Below are positions 24,052-27,084 of a stretch of DNA of 27,084 bases, piece after piece (position 1 is the first letter of the stretch; every line of letters begins with the position of its first letter). Below the pieces are notes generated by a model. The model was not told the DNA's origin, ran no database searches, and saw nothing but the letters and a program-made list of their open reading frames with translations. The translations under genes and the position numbers were made by a program. This stretch comes from Deltaproteobacteria bacterium (GTDB lineage Bacteria > Myxococcota_A > UBA9160 > SMWR01), in NCBI GenBank assembly GCA_032128115.1, contig JAQBHB010000024.1, positions 1 through 27,084 of the forward strand. Direction: 5' to 3'.

Positions 24052-25599
24052 CTAGCGGCCGGGCTTGCGAGCGGGCTTGCGGGCCTTGCGAGCCCGGGTC
24101 TTGCCGGTGGCCTTCTTCTTGCCCGCCGTGGTCTTCCGGATCGCGGGCTTCCGGGTTGCGGTCTTCTTCTTCGGGGCCACCCGCTTGCGGGTCGCAGTGC
24201 GGGTCGCGGCCCCGCCCTGGGTGGCGACCCTTTCCTGTTTGGGTTCGCCCGGGGCATTCTGGTTCCCGGCCTTCCGGCGTCGGGCCACCCAGCCCTCCAC
24301 GTGTTGTTGTCGGCTGCGCTCGACGGCCAGGGCCCACGGGGGCACGTCCTTCGAGATGGTGGAGCCCGCCGCGACGAACGAATCCGGCGCGATCTTCACC
24401 GGGGCGATCAGGTTGGCGTTGCACCCCACGAAGGCCCGTTCGCCCACGGTGGTGCGGTGCTTGGCCAGGCCGTCGTAGTTCACCACGATTGCGCCGCAAC
24501 CGAAGCTGGCCCCGGCTCCCACGTCGGCGTCGCCGATGTAGGACAGGTGGTCGGCCTTCACCCCGTCGCCCAGGGTGCTGTTCTTGATCTCCACGAAGTT
24601 GCCGATGCGCACGCCGCGGCCGAGCACCGTCCCGGGCCGCAGGTGGGCCGAGGGGCCGATCACCACGTCGTCGCCCAGCCGGCTGGACTCGATCACGCAG
24701 TGGGGCTTCACGTGCACCCCGCGACCGATGATCGTCTCGCCCGTAATCGAGCAGCCGGGTTCGATCCGGGTGTCCGGCCCCACCTGCACGTCGCTGTCGA
24801 TCCAGGTGGTCGCCGGATCCACCAGGGTGACGCCCTCGTCCATGAGTCGCTCCCGTATGCGCCGCTGCAGCGCCGCTTCGGCCTCCGCCAGCAGGGCCCG
24901 GGTGTCGACGCCCAGGGCCTCCTCTGGCTCCAGAAGCAGCAGAGCCTCGACCCGCAGGCCCTCGCCCACGGCCCGCTCGACGATGTCGGTGAGATAGATC
25001 TCGCCCTGCTCGTTGCGGTCGTCCAACCCCGCCAGGGTCTTCCAGAGCAGCTCGGCGTCGAGCAGATACACGCCGGTATTGCGCTCGGCGATCTCCAACT
25101 GTTCGGGTGAGGCGTCGGTAGCTTCGACGATGCGCGCAACCCGGCCCGAGGCGTCACGCACCACGATGCCCCGGACGTCCACCTCGCCAGTGAGGAGCAC
25201 CAGGTCGGCCCGGCGCTCGGCCTTCAGGGCGGCCATGCGGCGCAGCGTCTCGCTCCTGAGCAGGGGGGTATCCCCGTAGAGCACCAGGACGTCGCCGCGA
25301 AAGCCCTGGAGCTCCGGCTGGGCGCAGCGCACGGCGTCGCCGGTGCCCCGGGCCGGATCCTGGACCGCGAAGCGGGCGCGATCGGCGAAGGCCTCGCGCA
25401 CCGGGTCGGCGTCGCGACCCACCACGATCACGCACAGGGCGGGATCCAGGGCCTCGGCAGCCTCCAGCGGATAGGAGAGCATGGGGCGGCCGGCCAGCGG
25501 GTGGAGCACTTTCGAGAGCGCCGACCGCATGCGGGTGCCCTTGCCGGCTGCCAGCAGCACCACGGCCAGGTCGCGATTCTGGGTGCTCGTCTCGACCAT
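24052..25599 (-). CDS. glmU: Bifunctional UDP-GlcNAc pyrophosphorylase / GlcN-1-P acetyltransferase, with a basic C-terminal extension
   Basis: LAAGKGTRMRS, GTGDAV, LYGDTPL, YLTD, GNFVEIK, HLSYIGDA, NYDG, hexapeptide repeats; GAGGAG RBS before ATG 25599. Confidence 0.95.
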   Translation of the reverse strand: MVETSTQNRDLAVVLLAAGKGTRMRSALSKVLHPLAGRPMLSYPLEAAEALDPALCVIVVGRDADPVREAFADRARFAVQDPARGTGDAVRCAQPELQGFRGDVLVLYGDTPLLRSETLRRMAALKAERRADLVLLTGEVDVRGIVVRDASGRVARIVEATDASPEQLEIAERNTGVYLLDAELLWKTLAGLDDRNEQGEIYLTDIVERAVGEGLRVEALLLLEPEEALGVDTRALLAEAEAALQRRIRERLMDEGVTLVDPATTWIDSDVQVGPDTRIEPGCSITGETIIGRGVHVKPHCVIESSRLGDDVVIGPSAHLRPGTVLGRGVRIGNFVEIKNSTLGDGVKADHLSYIGDADVGAGASFGCGAIVVNYDGLAKHRTTVGERAFVGCNANLIAPVKIAPDSFVAAGSTISKDVPPWALAVERSRQQHVEGWVARRRKAGNQNAPGEPKQERVATQGGAATRTATRKRVAPKKKTATRKPAIRKTTAGKKKATGKTRARKARKPARKPGR

Positions 25600-25826
25600 C
25601 CGGGTCTCCTCATCGGCCCCCGGCGCCACGGTTTTGACCCGGGTGGGATCACCCGGGGGGGCCGGCTCGAAAGCCGCATCCTCCGTCCATCTCAGCCCTG
25701 CGCCAGTCCAGAGCGAGCCCAGAGTAGCCCTGCGGGGTGCCGCGAGCCCTCACGCCTGCGGGTTCGCGCTGGGTCCGGACCGCCTATCCTCTCGGTCGAC
25801 CGTGTGTCCCGCCTGCCTGCGGGGCG

Positions 25827-26990
25827 TTGGGGAAATGCTCCATCCAGATCTTCGGCAACACCCACGGCCTCAAAGCCAGCCAGATCCGGCAGCTCGAGCG
25901 CCTCGCGCGACGGCGCGTTCCGCCCGAGCGGCTGGTGACCCACGAGTTCGCCCGCGGCCTCACGGCCTTCACGGCTGAAACCGGCCGGCAGGTCGGGGTC
26001 CTAGTGGATCGCCGCGGCACCGTGACCCACGTGATGGTGGGCGACGCGAGCTCCATCGAACTTCCCGACTGGGGGCGCATGCGCGCCGGTCCCGGTCGCC
26101 TGCGCGGTCTGCGCTGCATCCATACGCACCTGGGTGACGAGGGCCTGACCCGCGATGACCTGACCGACCTGGCCCTGCTGCGACTCGACGCCATGGTGTC
26201 TTTGGCCACTGACGGCGATGGCCTGCCGGGCCGCGCTTTCGTCGCATCGCTGCGACCGGCGAATGCCGTCGGGGCAGCCGTCGAGCAGATGCAGCCGGTG
26301 CCCCCGGCCCAGCTCGACTTCGACTTCCGCGACTGGATCGGCGCACTGGAAGAAGAGCTCGCGCGACAGGACACCACGCGCAAGGTCGCGGCCGGAGAGC
26401 GCGCGATCCTGGTGTCGGTCACCGCCGGCCGCAAGCCCCACGACGTGGAAGCGCAGGTGGAAGAACTGCAGGAACTGGCGCGCTCGGCCGGCGTCGAAGT
26501 GGTGGAGTTGATCACGCAGCACCGTCGCGTGCCCGATCCGAAGTTCCTGATCGGAACCGGCAAGCTCCAGGATCTGGTGATCCACGCCTTCCAGAGCGAC
26601 GTGGACCTGGTTATCTTCGACCATAATCTGACGCCCGCCCCGGCGCGCAACCTGGGCGAGCGACTCGACCTGCGCGTGATCGATCGCACCCAACTGATCC
26701 TGGACATCTTCGCCCAACACGCAAAATCCGCGGACGGCAAGCTGCAGGTGGAGTTGGCCCAGTTGAAATACCGGCTGCCGAGGCTGTCCCAACGCGCTGA
26801 CGTGTCGCTGTCACGACTGGCGGGCGGCATCGGCGGACGCGGCCCGGGTGAGACGAAGCTCGAGGTCGACCGGCGCCGGGTCCGCGACCGGGTCGCCCGG
26901 CTGGAGCGGGAGCTCGAGCGCCTGCAGGGCCAGCGCCAGCAGCGCCGCCAGCGCCGCGGCGCCGATCCGGGATCTCCGCCGGAATCGTGA
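25827..26990 (+). pseudogene. hflX: HflX GTPase (long N-terminal type), truncated before the G domain; possibly an assembly chimera
   Basis: IFGNTHGLKASQ, LRCIHTH, DLTDLALLRLD, IGTGKL, VIDRTQLILDIFAQHA, QVELAQLKY, GGIGGRGPGETKLEVDRRR. The ORF stops soon after with no GYTNAGKS in any frame. Confidence 0.85.
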
Positions 26991-27084
26991 CCAGTCCAGC
27001 ACGCCGTTGAAGTCCGCGCGCTGCGCCGCCGCACGGCCCTGCTCAATCGCGTCGGCGATCAGCTCGGGCGAGGCGCCCGGGGGG
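26811..27084 (-). other. Fragment of an unrelated ORF entering from the window end and fused to antisense hflX
   Basis: Open minus frame from the window end, PPGASPELIADAIEQGRAAAQRADFNGVLDWSRFRRRSRIGAAALAALLALA, with coding-like GC3 codons. Confidence 0.4.

Noticed and set aside
24024..24257. N-terminal extension of glmS, or a glmS ribozyme directly upstream of glmS
   Set aside because: GlmS must start at Met-Cys (24023); only 28 bp separate it from glmU, leaving no room for a ribozyme.
1900..24587. Many long antisense or alternate-frame ORFs (e.g. 1900-4401 +, 4487-7111 -, 9494-12373 -, 22842-24587 +)
   Set aside because: They are shadows of real genes in high-GC DNA: Arg/Pro/Gly-rich, no motifs, and fully overlapping well-supported CDSs.

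Overview
High-GC bacterial window; protein style suggests Myxococcota or another deltaproteobacteria-like lineage (inference only). Bases 1 to about 19,500 form a cell-surface biogenesis cluster. It holds two tandem paralogous PEP-CTERM proteins, each behind a consensus sigma-54 promoter, a Thr-type alkaline-phosphatase-superfamily ('sulfatase-like') TPR lipoprotein, and two tandem PrsT-like TPR lipoproteins. It also holds five predicted GT-C-fold membrane glycosyltransferases (three TMTC-like with DD motifs and TPR tails, one ArnT/PMT-like, one divergent orphan), a TolB-like propeller lipoprotein and a Zn-ribbon SAM methyltransferase. The right part is housekeeping: a VOC protein, pcrA/uvrD, glmS, an atypical glmU, and an hflX that breaks off just before its GTPase domain at what looks like a chimeric junction near the window end. 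Best candidate for an undescribed system: a TMTC-type periplasmic protein glycosylation and glycan-decoration pathway acting on Ser/Thr-rich PEP-CTERM surface proteins. No exosortase or PrsK/PrsR gene is in the window. No CRISPR, tRNA, rRNA or mobile element was seen.
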